A stretch of 64,000 nucleotides of DNA from Octopus vulgaris (taxonomy: Eukaryota). Under the pieces are notes generated by a model. That model saw nothing but the letters and a program-made list of their open reading frames with translations, was not told where the DNA came from and did no database searches. Both the position numbers and the translations under genes were made by a program. Each line of letters begins with the position of its first letter. The first letter of the stretch is position 1. This document shows, one piece after another, positions 13,495 to 26,739 of the stretch. Location: contig OX597828.1 in the NCBI GenBank assembly GCA_951406725.2, forward strand, positions 30,380,001-30,444,000, written 5' to 3'.

Positions 13495-13890
13495 AAGGCG
13501 GTGAGCTGGCAGAAACGTTGGAACGCCTGACGAAATGCTTAGCGGTATTTCGTCTGTGTTTACCTTCTGAGTTCAAATTCCGCCGAGGTCGACTTTGCCT
13601 TTCATCCTTTCGTGGTCAATAAATTAAGTACCAGTTACGTACTGGGGTCGATGCAATCAACTTAATCCATTTGTCTGTCCTTGTTTGTCACCTCTGTGAT
13701 TAGCCTCTTATGGGTAGTAAAGAAATAGGTATTTCATCTGCTGTTACATTCTGAGTTCAATTTACGCCGCGGTCGACTTTGCCTTTTATCCTTTCGGGGT
13801 CAATAAATTAAGTAATAGTTGCGAACTGGGAACGATCTAACCGACTGGCTCCTTCCTCCAAAATTTTTAGCCTTGTGTCTAGGGTAGAAA
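13495..13890 (+). mobile_element. dimeric SINE group A with 16-bp target-site duplication
   Basis: Head with A/B-box-like motifs, two copies of the core GCCTTTCATCCTTTCG(T/G)GGTCAATAAATTAAGTA, perfect TSD AGAATACCCAAGTCTG at 13479-13494 and 13891-13906. Confidence 0.93.
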
Positions 13891-14487
13891 AGAATACCCA
13901 AGTCTGTTGAATGACACATGTCTATCGCATGCTGGAACGTATCCAAAAATCAGCTCCTCTAGGGAGAAATGTAGCAGGGAAGCCCCATGTTTGAAAAAGT
14001 ACAAGCTGAACGCTTCCGAAACGCAGCGCTGAACATTGTCGTTCACATCTGTGAGCTGCTATCTTTGACGCCCATGAGCTGCTAACGTGGGCCCTGGAAG
14101 TTGGTAAAGTTAAATCCTGGGACCTACTACAGCATAGTTTTTCCAAACTCTGTTACACATGTATTCAAATGTCACGTGACTGTATCAGAACAAAAACGCT
14201 TTTGCTGCAGGATATGTATTTCAAATACACCAAGCAAATGACCATTTTCTAAATACCTTGCGTATTTTAACGGAATTCTGCGAAGGATAGGGCGTGTCCT
14301 TCACTTCAGAAAGCCATGAGTCTTGTCTTCGATATTGAAGATCACACTCACGCGCGCACATACATGTAGTTTCACGTATATGTGGAAATGATGAATATGT
14401 GTGTGAGTGCGAATGTGCAAGTACACACACACAGACACACACACTCACACACACAAATGCACACATATGTATATGTATGTATATTGT

Positions 14488-14815
14488 GAAGGTGCGTGGT
14501 TTAGTGGTTAGAGTACCGGCTTGCGATCATGAAGTCGTGAGTTCCATTCCCGGCGAAGCGTTGTGTCGACGATCGTTGTGTCCTTGATTGTCTTCCACAC
14601 CGCTCCAGTCAACTCAGCAGGGAAGCACGAGTTGCACCTGTACCTCAAAAGGTCAGCCTTGGCAAAATTTATGTCAGGCTGAATCTCCCTGAGAATTACG
14701 TTCAGGGTACATGTGTCTGTGGAGTGCTCAGCCACGTGCACGTTGATTTTACGAGCACGCTGTTCCGGTGATCGGATCAACTAGAACACTCGTCGTCGTA
14801 TCCAACCGAGCGCCA
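14488..14815 (+). mobile_element. tRNA-derived SINE group C
   Basis: Head TGGTTTAGTGGTTAGAG..GAGTTCCATTCCCGG; 3' ~190 bp (GGGTACATGTGTCTGTGGAGTGCTCAGCCAC..CTCGTCGTCGTA) shared with 40965-41152. Confidence 0.85.
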
Positions 14816-14919
14816 TCTCATTTATGTATATAGGTGTATAGATAGATAAGTAGATAAATGGAAAAATAGATAGATAGAACTTAAAAATAAAGATAGACAG
14901 ATAGATGGGTAAGCAAACA

Positions 14920-14935
14920 GATAGAGAGAGAGAGG

Positions 14936-15029
<94 letters not shown>

Positions 15030-15030
15030 C
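14920..15030. repeat. (GAAA)n/(GATA)n tetranucleotide microsatellite
   Basis: Direct repeats. Confidence 0.95.
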
Positions 15031-15784
15031 AATGAAATAAATAAGAAAGGAGTGAAACTACGGTGAAAATTGAAAATTAAACTGGTGTTAAGCATACTTT
15101 CACCGTAAGAATTAGGGAGAGATGGTTAGGAAATGAAGGACGATTTAGTTGCTCCAAACACACACACACAGACACACAGACATATACACACAAACGCGCA
15201 TATGCACAAACACACACACACGCATACACACATACATACACGCACGAATGCTTGTATATTTATTTATATTTACATAGTTTACGAATTTGAATATTGTAGC
15301 ATAAGGGATTGATTTCCCTTTTATATGGAGAGATGTGGCACAAGTATCCATAAACATAATTTTCAAAGATATAGACATAGCAGAAATATGAAATTATGAA
15401 ATAGTAAATCGAATTACGTACTCTTCATATTTTGACGTACTTGAAAATATTTCAAATTTCTCCACTTGCGTCTTTCGGTAAACTTTATGCTGAATAACGT
15501 ATTTGGTTCTATATTAAATGTAAAATGTTGACAGCTATTTTACTAGGCATATGTGAAGAAACAGGACTGTAGGAAGGAATCGTTAAAACGTATATGAGAA
15601 TAAGGTATGCATGATATCAACCTTACTTGTGGTACTTACACAGCAACTGAACAATTACTGATAGCAAGAGAAATTTATGAAAACGGAAAAATAATCAAAC
15701 CACCTGAATTAAAATTATTACCTGAATACAAGCCAACAATTATTCTAAATTTAAACTCGCTATTTTCCTATACCTAACTTATGG

Positions 15785-16155
15785 CTGACTGTTTGAACTT
15801 TCAGAGCTACTTGAAGGGTTATTGTGATCAAATCAACCCCGTTGGTTATATTAAATCTATATCGTATTCATGTTGCTAAGCGCTGTATAATGAGAAGGTA
15901 AGCAAACGGTGATCAGCAGTCAAAGTCACACACAAATATCCCGATGCACCGGATGTACCCTGCCTACAGCCGCGCAAACATTATGGTAAGTTTCCGTACA
16001 ATATCCGAACAATTCCCGAGAAAATTCACTCACGCGACATAGGTCAGTCCACTGCTATAATAATAGCAGTCATACCGAAAATGACGCACAAGGAAGTGAA
16101 CTCGAAATCATGTGGTTGCAAAGTAATCTTCTTAACTACACAACTATTCCTGCTA
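15785..16155 (-). mobile_element. SINE group B, old copy
   Basis: Reverse complement of the group B head (..GAACTCGAAATCATGTGGTTGCAAAGTAATCTTCTTAACTACACAAC) and tail (GCTAAG..AATCAACCCC) is visible. Confidence 0.55.
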
Positions 16156-17255
16156 CCAAACAAAGACCACGTCATTGCTGTTTGAACTTCTTATATTTCT
16201 ATGCCACTGTTTCTTTCATACTTTATAGAGGCTTTTGTTGTTCTGCAAAACACAAGCTAATGAATAACATTCCTCAACAGAACACATAAGCCTCAAAATG
16301 TTAGCTTTTTCTAACGTCCAACCAAATATTTTCATTCACATCTCACTAATGTAAGAATAACGGTAATCAACTTATAATTACTTTATCTTTTGAAAAAAAG
16401 CCAAAAAAAAAAAAATCAAAAACAAATGCTGTCGCTTTTATTATAAATATTCTGTGAAGAATTGTTAAATGTAAACCTGAAACCATGAATAGGACCATGA
16501 ATTTTTTATAGCTGATAATTTGTTATATACTTCCAAATATATATATATATGTTTATATATCCAATAAGGATTAATGGTTTTATACCTTTGTATCACGAAT
16601 ATATATATACGTGATATGCCATGTATTTTAACACTTTGTGAAAATACACCGGTTCTTCATGCATAATTTAAATTATTAGTTTGAAAATAGCTTCTTTTTC
16701 AATGGAATATACATCGACAATTCCTTTCATGTACAATAGAACTATAGGGCTGTCATGTAATTAGGAACGCTATTAATGTATATTGATCTTCTTTGAAAAG
16801 AGACAATCAAAGTAATCAAACAATGCAAACATGAAATTTAATAATTATTTCTGTTGAATTTAAAGTAATTTTTGTAATATAATCTACAAGCATATCGAAC
16901 AAATTACACAATTTAATGAATTTATATTTATATTTCGTAATAGAGAAATACAGCTATTTTAAGACATGTGTGTGCATGGGTGCGAGTATTTAGATGTGTG
17001 CGCTTGTGTGTGTGTGTGTGCTTGTCTGCGTGTGTGTTTGTATGTGTGCATGTGAGTGTGTAATATGAAAATATGTATATACACACTAAGTATATATAAT
17101 GAAACATGTCTAGATATATTTGCAAATATCTAGAGATACATATATATATATATAAATGTGCACTGAACTATGCATCTGTATATATATATATATATATATA
17201 TATACATACATGTGTGTCTGAGTGTGTGCATGTGTGTATATTTGTATGTACGTAC

Positions 17256-17296
<41 letters not shown>

Positions 17297-17711
17297 AACA
17301 TGTATTTTATAAACAAATACCTACATGTGAGCAAACATGTCCATTCATGCTTGTGTCCGTGTACATACGTATTGTTCTAAATAATCATCAATATCTGTAG
17401 GCATAAGTGATAGGTAGATGAGTGTCGATGTAATCTGCATGCTCTTCTAGATTTGAAAGATTGATAAAATTTGATCTCCAACTTGATCCTCTCCATAGAA
17501 ATGTCAGCAGTAATAACGTGTCTGGTAAGAAAGTTTCCTAAGTGTAACAAGTGTTTGCTCTTCAGTCTGGGGCTTCATTTTGTCCGACTTGCACAATAAG
17601 TGAGAAAATAAACAGCAGGAGATGTTTCAAGCAAAGAATAAAATAACCTTAAACGGGAGAACTTTGCGTTTTGGTCGTAATCGTAATAACAACAAGAAAT
17701 ATTTGCCCAAA

Positions 17712-17839
17712 GGGGTCGATAAATTAAGTACCAGTTTCGCACTGGGGTCGATGTAATCGACTTAATCCGTCTTTGTTTGTCTCCTCTGTGTTTAGCCCCT
17801 TGTGGCTAGTAAAGAAATAGGTATTTCGTCTGCCGCTAC
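17712..17839 (+). mobile_element. SINE group A internal fragment (left-arm tail plus start of right arm)
   Basis: GGGGTCGATAAATTAAGTACCAG..TTTAGCCCCTTGTGGCTAGTAAAGAAATA|GGTATTTCGTCTGCCG. Confidence 0.9.
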
Positions 17840-18387
17840 ATAGATCGATAGTGTTTCTATTCTGTTGTCGGGACACCTGAGGAAACTAATACTGTATGCG
17901 ATTAATTATAAATATAGGTGTTTCATGTTACAATTTTTGCAGGTATGCACTCATTTTTGTCAAGCTGCTCTCACGCAGAGTTTAAAGAAATCCAAAAAGA
18001 GATGATACTTGCAAAATATTGTCTATTGCACGTCCCGCGAAATAGAACTGTTTCTCGTAAGCATCACATTGATGCTGGGCGGAGGAATACTAGAAGGTCA
18101 ACGGTCACTTTCACCAAGCTCTGTCAAAATAGTAGTTGCAACGCATCGGTAGGGCTGGCGTCAATGGTTGTGTAATCAGCTAATGAAAGAAGTACCATGA
18201 CACCGCGGTAGAGTAATAGGACTTCGCTAACGCAGAAAATAAATGTGAGTTTATATATGAATGAGTACGATCTCCAAGAGCAATATTATGTAAATATATG
18301 TATTTACAGATATATATATATCTGTGTGTGTGTGTGTGTGTGTGTGAGTGTGTATGTGTGTGTGCATAGGTATATATATAGATAGAT

Positions 18388-18775
18388 AGGTGCAGGTGTG
18401 GCTGTGTGGTAGGAAGTTTGTTTCCCAACCACATGTTTCCAGGTTCATTCCTACTCGTGTCACCTTCGTCTAAAGCTAGCCAATATAACCTCGGGCTGTC
18501 GAAAACCTCGTGAGTAGATTTGGTAGACGGAAACTGAAAGAAACCCGCCGCACATAGATGTAGATATGTATATATCAAACTGTGTACCTTGACGAACAGC
18601 ACTGGTGTGTTTAAGTGGCTGTAAATTAGCGGCTAGGTAAGAGAGACCGATAGAATAAAAGCTAGGCTTAAAATATAAGTCCTGGAGTCGAAGTGGGGTC
18701 GACGAAACGCTTCAAGGCGGTGCTCCAGAATAGCCGCAATCAAATGGCAGAAACAAGTATAAGAATAAAAGAATA
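18388..18775 (+). mobile_element. SINE group B
   Basis: tRNA-like head GGTGCAGGTGTGGCTGTGTGGTAGG..GGTTCATTCC, GATTTGGTAGACGGAAACTGAAAG core, GAGACCGATAGAATAA..AAGGCGGTGCTCCAG..GAAACAAGTATAAGAATAAAAGAATA tail. Confidence 0.88.
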
Positions 18776-19029
18776 CATGCGTCAGCGCGCGTGTGATAGT
18801 GTTCAACTTCATTTGTGCACATGTATTTTATGTATACATGTGTGTGTAAGTCAGTGTATTCTACTTGGGTTATTTCACCCTTTATATAAGCTATCCAGCT
18901 TAGATATCGGTTATATTTGAAGGTGGTTTAAATCAACATTAATATTTTCTTCTTATTGTGCTTTCAGTAAGTTTATTATTTACTTACTTGTGGAGTCATT
19001 CGAGTCGTAAAATTTGCAAATCTCATCTC

Positions 19030-19375
19030 ATGTAGGTCGTCCCAGACGACACCCCTCATAAGCGTTTTGGGTTGCGCATACTATAGGCGTCACAGGACGC
19101 TGCTTCATGTGGTCCCGCAATTTTCATTTAACTACAAATATTTGTGTCTCATCCATTGCTTGACACCCTGCATGTTCAAAGCCAAGAATCTGATCTGTTA
19201 GGTCCTACCTATAACTAAATCTACGCCCTGCTGCTGACACTTTGATTTATTGTCGTTAAGGTTTTGTCTGTCTCCTACCCTTCGACCTCTCTGGCCTGGT
19301 AAGAAGATTTCTCTCCCTCCAGCATAGCTCTCCTGGCCAATGGAGCACGCAGGCACTCTACCGCAACAAGGTATT
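19030..19375 (-). mobile_element. probable 5' end of an RTE-clade LINE, decayed
   Basis: Minus strand ACCTTGTTGCGGTAGAGTGCCTGCGTGCTCCATTGGCCAGGAGAGCTATGCTGG..CCAGGCCAGAGAGGTCGAAGGGTAGG resembles the 5' UTR pattern I recall for RTE/BovB-like elements (CCTTGTCGTGG..GGCTTGCGTG..CAATGA..GAGCTATGC). Confidence 0.5.
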
Positions 19376-19689
19376 TGTTGAATTGATCGTTGACTACACA
19401 GTAGTCCCTTTGACGGGTCTTATTTTTCGTCCTTCAGGGTGTCCAACAATTACCCTCCTCACCAAGCAAGCTTGATGGGGTTGCCGGTTTAGTCACCAAG
19501 GATCCGACAATGCGACAGGTTGTACTGGTTTACATGTTACCAGTAGCGCTCAAGAGGCACCTTATATAAAACTTGTAAAAGTTGTAACCTATAAACATTA
19601 AAAAACATTATCTTACAACATGATTGATTGATTGATTACCGAGATCTGATGGAAAGCATCTCATTGTCTGCCGGTGTGCCTGCGTGCAT

Positions 19690-20430
19690 TTCCATAATGA
19701 GTTTTCTACCTGAGCAGTAGATTTTTCTGCCAAGCGCTATTATGGGCATTCAATAAAACCACCTCTTCATTTACAGTGCATATTCTCCCATATGGAAATA
19801 CTCTACGTCCAGTGTTTGAGTTGATATACTGACAGCTACTCGCAGATTAGTAAGTCCCACATCGATTTTCATTGTATTTGGTTTTGATACTATTTTTTAT
19901 CGAAAAGTACCTTCGATTTATTTGGTTGCTTTTTACTTTGAAAAACCTGTACGTTTATTAATTAAATTCTTTAGTTCGTCCGATGATAAACAAGTTTGGT
20001 TTATTGACGTTAAAAATATTTTGATGACATGAATTATTACGTCCTATAACAAAATACGATGTTCTGGACTTGTGGTCCCATTTTTTGCGCTTAGATATAT
20101 GTTATGACCGCTGCATACCATTAAACAATGTCTATGAAGTCGTGGTGACAATTTTTGTGCGTTGTTTGCTTCTTGTTTTCATATTATCAACAAGAGAATC
20201 AATTTTCGTCTCTAGACAGTTTAGGATATTATGGTTTCTATGCGGTGGATGACGTGACTTGAAGTTCAGGTATTGACGTGTATCTGTGTCTTTACAATAT
20301 ATGTTCATAATGATTTTGATATTATTTTTAATTAGCATTATATCGAAAAATGGTAATATTTCTTGTGCATTTCCTTTGTGATGTAGGATGTAGATTGTTG
20401 AGAAATACGTTGAATTCTTCCAAAGCTTTA
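19690..20430 (-). mobile_element. Penelope-like retroelement fragment (RT thumb and decayed downstream region)
   Basis: LEEFNVFLNNLHP..., then IYCKDTDTRQYLNFKSRHPPHRNHNI matches the PLE thumb motif IYxKxTDxxQYLxFxSxHPxHxKxNI. Confidence 0.8.
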
Positions 20431-20767
20431 AGGGCTTTGATAATATTAGGAAACATTCATCGAGGTATATTTTCCATGTTCCCTCTCTATATAGTTATTT
20501 ACCAAGAGGAAAATCATGACGATTACAAAGTCTTCTAGGAGTAATAATGTTAGAGAGATCTAAATCTGAGTTTAAATTTTGCTATCACTTTATTGCAATC
20601 AGTCGATTAAGTTTCATTTAGTTATGAAGAAAGATTCTAAAAATCCGACAAGAGTAAATATTTGCTGTGTTTTGAAATAATAAAATGCAGAGGTGAAACG
20701 AGGTGACAATTATAAAATTTAATATCTATAAGCATTCACAAATAAGTATCAACTCCTGATAGTGTTC

Positions 20768-20787
20768 ATGTATGTGTGTGTGTGTGT

Positions 20788-20844
<57 letters not shown>

Positions 20845-20862
20845 TGTATGTGTGTGTGTGTG
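20768..20862. repeat. (TG)n microsatellite
   Basis: Direct repeats. Confidence 0.95.
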
Positions 20863-23539
20863 AACTTATGAATGTTTCTCTTACAGAACAACACATTATC
20901 ATGAATGATAATTAGACGAGTGGAAATAGTGAAGCCAAAACTAGTAGTTAGTTAAATGAATTTATTCATCTAATAAAAGACTCTTAAAATAGCGTATTGT
21001 TTAATATTTATATTCCCTTTACATACACTCTATCGAAACCACATAAATGTAATTATTATCACTTTCCTTTCACTATAGTTAATAAAGGTTTTTAACGAAC
21101 TGTGATTTTTAATTTATCATACATTTATTTGCGAGAAACTAATTTTCATTTCCAATTCCAATTAGAAAACTTATATTTATGCTTTTAATTAAAGCAGCCC
21201 GAATACTTCTGATAAACTCATTCAACTCTAACTTACCCTCTGTATGAAATACGTTATAACAAATTAGTATATTTGACCATATATGCCAAACAGATACGGT
21301 AATCTCTAATGATATAGCGCATGTTATTAACTTATTGACCTCTTCATTTATTTAAAAATTCTGCTTTTGACTGGATGGAAGACAGCCATATTCTTAACAT
21401 AAAAGTTGATTTATTTCCCCGTGAATATTTAAAGTTTCAATAGGTGGATGATGTATTTAAGTTTAGGCATATACATGAGAGTATATTTTCATTCCCAGCA
21501 TTTCATCGAACACCTATGATCTCACCTCTTGTCATCAAATACTGTATTATATTTTCTAATAATTGTTTAGACGAAGCAGTATTTGTGCGCAGAATAATAA
21601 TATTTTATACGAAATCAAGGGTGTCATTTCAGTGTAATTAGAATAGAACATTTTTTTTCCCCAAATTTGATGATATATTTATACAATAATGATTACTCAA
21701 TTTTCAGTTAATTATCTTAGAAATATTTGATGCGCTTAACAAAACAAAGTTGAAGGAGAACATGAAGTTTATAACATAATGTTTGAGATCTGATATCTTA
21801 TTTCAACAAGAAATTTGTCCTGAAAGGACAGAGAAATGATTATTCAAACAATCTGTTTATAAACAAATAGGATAAAAATATAACTTAGTCATTGAGGTGA
21901 TTAGACCTTCGCGTAAACTCATGAGTTTAAAAAAAACAAAAACACTTCTTACATAACGATAATATAGCCATAGCGTAACTGAAATTTCGCGGGTATTTAT
22001 GTAGTGGCACTAAAGTAGGAACGTGCATGCGCATAAATGTTCCGAAAACGTTCCGAATGTTCTCTGCGGATTGTGTTACGATCTGAGAATGCGTTCTGTT
22101 TTATTCTGTTGAAACGATTCCTTTCGATTCGGTAGCTCAATTGTTAGCACCATCTTCCTGGTCATTCTTTGGCAAAATAGCTTGACAACACAAGTGAGGA
22201 AGATGTTAAAAAATAAGGAACCAGTAAGCACAGTTTTTTTTTTTTTTAGTTTTTGGCTTTACATATTAACTAAACTTTGAGCGTCCGTCTATGGATGGAT
22301 GAAGCAAATGCATTTCGCTGACATAGACAGCAACCAGACCTGAAGAATATCCAACTGAATTTCACTGCTGTTTTCCCCTCTATTATTCGTAAAGCTACAA
22401 CATAACGAAGACCATATGGACAATATATCCATCTGGTATTAACTTCCAGAACCTTCCAAGTAATGATCAAAATATACACATCCGTATCCTTGCATGAACG
22501 TGATTTGCCAGTCTCAAGTAGAGCGTTGCTATATCAGCAACATTCTAATTTTGAAGTGAATAATCATGGTCTTCACCCCTATAAGGAACCGTAACCTTGG
22601 ATATATCTACTTTGAGCTGAGATTTCTGCTCAATTAATGATTCGTATTAGCTTTTTGACGATATCAAAGACTGAGGCAAATATAAAATATCATGTTTAAC
22701 GAACCAATCTTAACGCCATCGGACCATCCTTAACATTTCTCATCTTGAATCTGATAGATTCGGCATCAGCATTCTAAATTTTGAATTTTGAAGAAGACTA
22801 ATTTTCGTTCTTTACAGCGACCAAAATGATCTCTTCAACTAGAGCATAACAGTTCATGGTCAGTATTTAATTCCTAACGATCGTTGATTCTGTCAATGAT
22901 GCAGTAATTCACTCAGTGAATTCGGTCCATTTAGGGATTGGTAGGAGCATACCTAGGACATCATATTCGATTGTATCATGCAACATTACCTGACATTATT
23001 AGACATGTTGGTGGGAAATATTTGATGTCTGTCGATATAATAGTTATATCATTGAAAACATGTGACAGATTGCAGGCGAGAGGTGTTATTGTGCTAGGAG
23101 AATTAACTGGTAACTGTGAATTCCTACACCGCACAAGAATTAGAAAAGGTTTGTTGTTAATGATATTACGTTTCCCAATATATCGCCCCAATCACGGAAA
23201 TCCAGTACATTTTTTCTTGTTTCTATTAGCTTAAGACTGGCCGCCATTGGGAACATTCCTATCTACTTATGAATTTACTTTGTGAATAGTCTAATATCTG
23301 GCAGCAGGAATCTTTGTCCTGAACTAATATATCAAATGTGATGCATAGGTACAAACGCTAATTCCGTGTCCACTTGACATTTAACACTTGAAATACAGGC
23401 ACACATATACACCAAGAGGTGCATATATTTCTCACTTCGACTTAGAATACTTCTTTTCCTAGCAAATTATATACGTTGATATTGCAAAATTGGCAACCTA
23501 AATCTTATGGAAGCAATCGACATGGTGCAACTTAAGCAG

Positions 23540-23541
<2 letters not shown>

Positions 23542-23574
<33 letters not shown>

Positions 23575-23586
23575 CACACACACACG

Positions 23587-23627
<41 letters not shown>

Positions 23628-23644
23628 CATTTACATATACATAC

Positions 23645-23707
<63 letters not shown>

Positions 23708-23710
23708 TAT
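23542..23710. repeat. (TA)n-dominated compound microsatellite
   Basis: Direct repeats. Confidence 0.95.
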
Positions 23711-24113
23711 AGGTAGATATATTAGGAGTTTCTTGTTCATTTCTATCCGTTGCAATAACAATAAGAAACATATACACATGAGATAGGTAAATAAAATTAT
23801 CTGTTTCATGATAAACATCTTAAGTGATATGTACATTTTATATTTATTTCATATTATATTTATCATTGCACACAATCGAAAGTGAGTAAAATAAAACGCC
23901 GTTTTTTTTTTGTTATTGTATTTTAAACACGAATATTTCTTGTATATTTTCATCATAGATTTGATATTTTTCACTAGCTATTTCGGAGATGCATATATAT
24001 TCCTCGGAGGAAGAAAAGAAATGTTTCTTACGTTTTATTCAACTAAAATTATAGTTTATAGATGACTTCTATATGCATATATACATGTATGGATACATAC
24101 ATACACATATGCA

Positions 24114-24162
<49 letters not shown>

Positions 24163-26233
24163 AATATAAATATATTATAAACACACACACATATATAAAC
24201 AGGTGTTTATATATGTATATATATATTTATATATGAATATAAATAAATAAATAATTAAATATATATATATATATATATAATTTATTATTCATGAAATAAT
24301 TCATCTTCTCCCTCTACTCGAAATAGCATGTATTAAGGAACCATATTTCAAGGTAGAATCGATTTTTCGACGTCTCTAACACAGTGTATAAAACAGTAAT
24401 ATTTCTCTCAGAAAAAAAAATCAAAAAACATTTTCTTTGAACCTTGGAGTATTAAAAATTTCATTTAAGAATTAACTGAGAAGGGAATTGAATCGATCCT
24501 TTTAAATGATATGCTTTAGAAAGTATTTCAAATATATTTGTGTTTAAATTATTGACTTTGATTTTCAATTAATCTTTACAGAGACGTGTGATATTTATCG
24601 TCTTCAGGAAATGTACCGACGAAGATTTGTATTCTGTTTCTCTATTTTATATATATTGCATGAAAATAATGTTAGGCAAGGAAATCTATTTCTTCAAATT
24701 ACATAGATGCATATGCAGATCTATACATACAAAATATATTTGTGGAATCTTACACACACTTGTGTGTGTGTGTATATATATGCATACATACATACATACA
24801 TGCATACATACATATATATTGTGTTTGTGCACGGACCTCTCTGAGTGTGTGTGTGTGTAAGTATCCTTCTTTTAGACTTGAAATATTTCCAATTATTTTG
24901 TTTTAATTTGTATTCTTATGTGCTACATTTAACATTCAGTGATGTTTCTGAAGATTTCTGTTCATTTGGCACAAGCTTTATTATCTTCCAGTTTTATTTC
25001 TCTGAAATGGCGCCGCTTATTGTCTCTGGAAAAATGTGATCAAGGTCACAAATCGATTTTACTCGTGACAATTTTGCTTTTTAACATTTTATGTCGACTT
25101 TCCTGATACAAGCGTGTGAATGCATATCTAGGTGCGTGCATATATATTGATACATGCATGTAAAGCACAGACACACAACCTACACACACGTACACATGCG
25201 AACACACACACTCACTAACATACTCACAAACAAACACACACCTATTACATGGTGGTTTCTGTCAGCAATGAAAATCTTTCACAAGTGTTGAAAAATTCCG
25301 TAGAAAAATTCAACGTCAGTGACTCATAAGAACTGCTAATTATTATTAATTTTGCGTAGCAAGTTTATGGATTTGCTTGCCATTTCTTATTGAAAATTAA
25401 AGCGGGAGTGAACATGTACAATCTTAATAATATACTTGCCATTGAAAGCATTGTTTTACTGAAGTAAATGCGGAAACTTAATGAGTTGAAATTATTTAAG
25501 TATTTATCTTTATGCATCATAACAAGATAAAGCCGGTTGCCGAATGCAAAGAATATACAAAGAGGAAACTGATTAAGGCACAAAGAGAAAACTGATATTT
25601 AACTGATTCAAACTTGGAGTCGTATAATGTTTTCAAAATTGCTACAGGTACTTAATTTTGTGAACAGTAGCAGATGCTGGCAGTTTTCAGTTTTATGACG
25701 TTTATTTCGTTGGAATTCCATTTCGGGCAGGAATAATACACAAAAGTTCGTACCAGTTATTGCTATCATATCAATGAAAGTTGAAGTATTACGATTTGAT
25801 GTTGAAGGCAGCTGCATGTAAGTATGTAAATGCATGTAAATGCCAAACATAATTAGATAGTCTTGTCGCAGTACTCATGTTTATTGTATTGAGGAGATAT
25901 AATTGATGTATCATTGTTTAAATATATAATAAAATAAAAGTATTCGCTCACGTTTAGATATCATTTGCGTAGGCGATGCATACATCTTAGCCCATAAATC
26001 TAGTGAGAGAGAGAGAGGAGGGTGAGGGAGAGAGAGAAGGGTGGAATGTAAAGGAGGAGATAGAGTTACGTAGATGCAAAGAGAGAAATAAATGACCAAA
26101 AGTGCATCAGAATATACACTCTAAATCTGGGAGAAAGTCTCTCTCTCTCTCTCTCTGTATATATATATATATATATTATAAATAATACATATTTATAGGC
26201 ATATATACATACGTATATGTACATACATCCATA

Positions 26234-26290
<57 letters not shown>

Positions 26291-26739
26291 TAGATATATA
26301 AATTTATACACACACAAGCACACACATGCATTAGTGTGTGTTTTTTTGCGTGTGGGTGTGTATGTGTTTGGGTGATGTATGTATACAAATGTCTACGAAA
26401 GATATGAGATCAAGATCGGAGAATATACGTATGCATGTACATTCTCGTCTCCTTTTAAATATTTAAATACTTCCGCCGGGGACGCGGCTTTTTTTTAAAG
26501 ATGTAAATCTTTATCGTTGACACGTGCTTGTAAATATGAAAAACAACGTCACATTTTAAACTTGTGTAAATTCTTACCTAATCTTTTCGCTTAGAAATTG
26601 TATTTGTAATGTGCGAGTTGGTTGATGTCCTTTACTATAAACCATAGTTCATGCAACGTGTCACATGAGCATTTTCTCACAAAACCAAGTGAACCAACCG
26701 TCATGGGCATACACGGGGAATTTATAATTTAGGTATAGA

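Noticed and set aside
17918-18175. 85-aa ORF following a TTTTGCAG acceptor-like site
   Set aside because: No recognisable homology or matching donor/partner exon; cannot be supported without RNA data.
25640-25825. Candidate exon ending at GTAAGT (~25817)
   Set aside because: All three plus frames contain stops upstream of the donor-like site.
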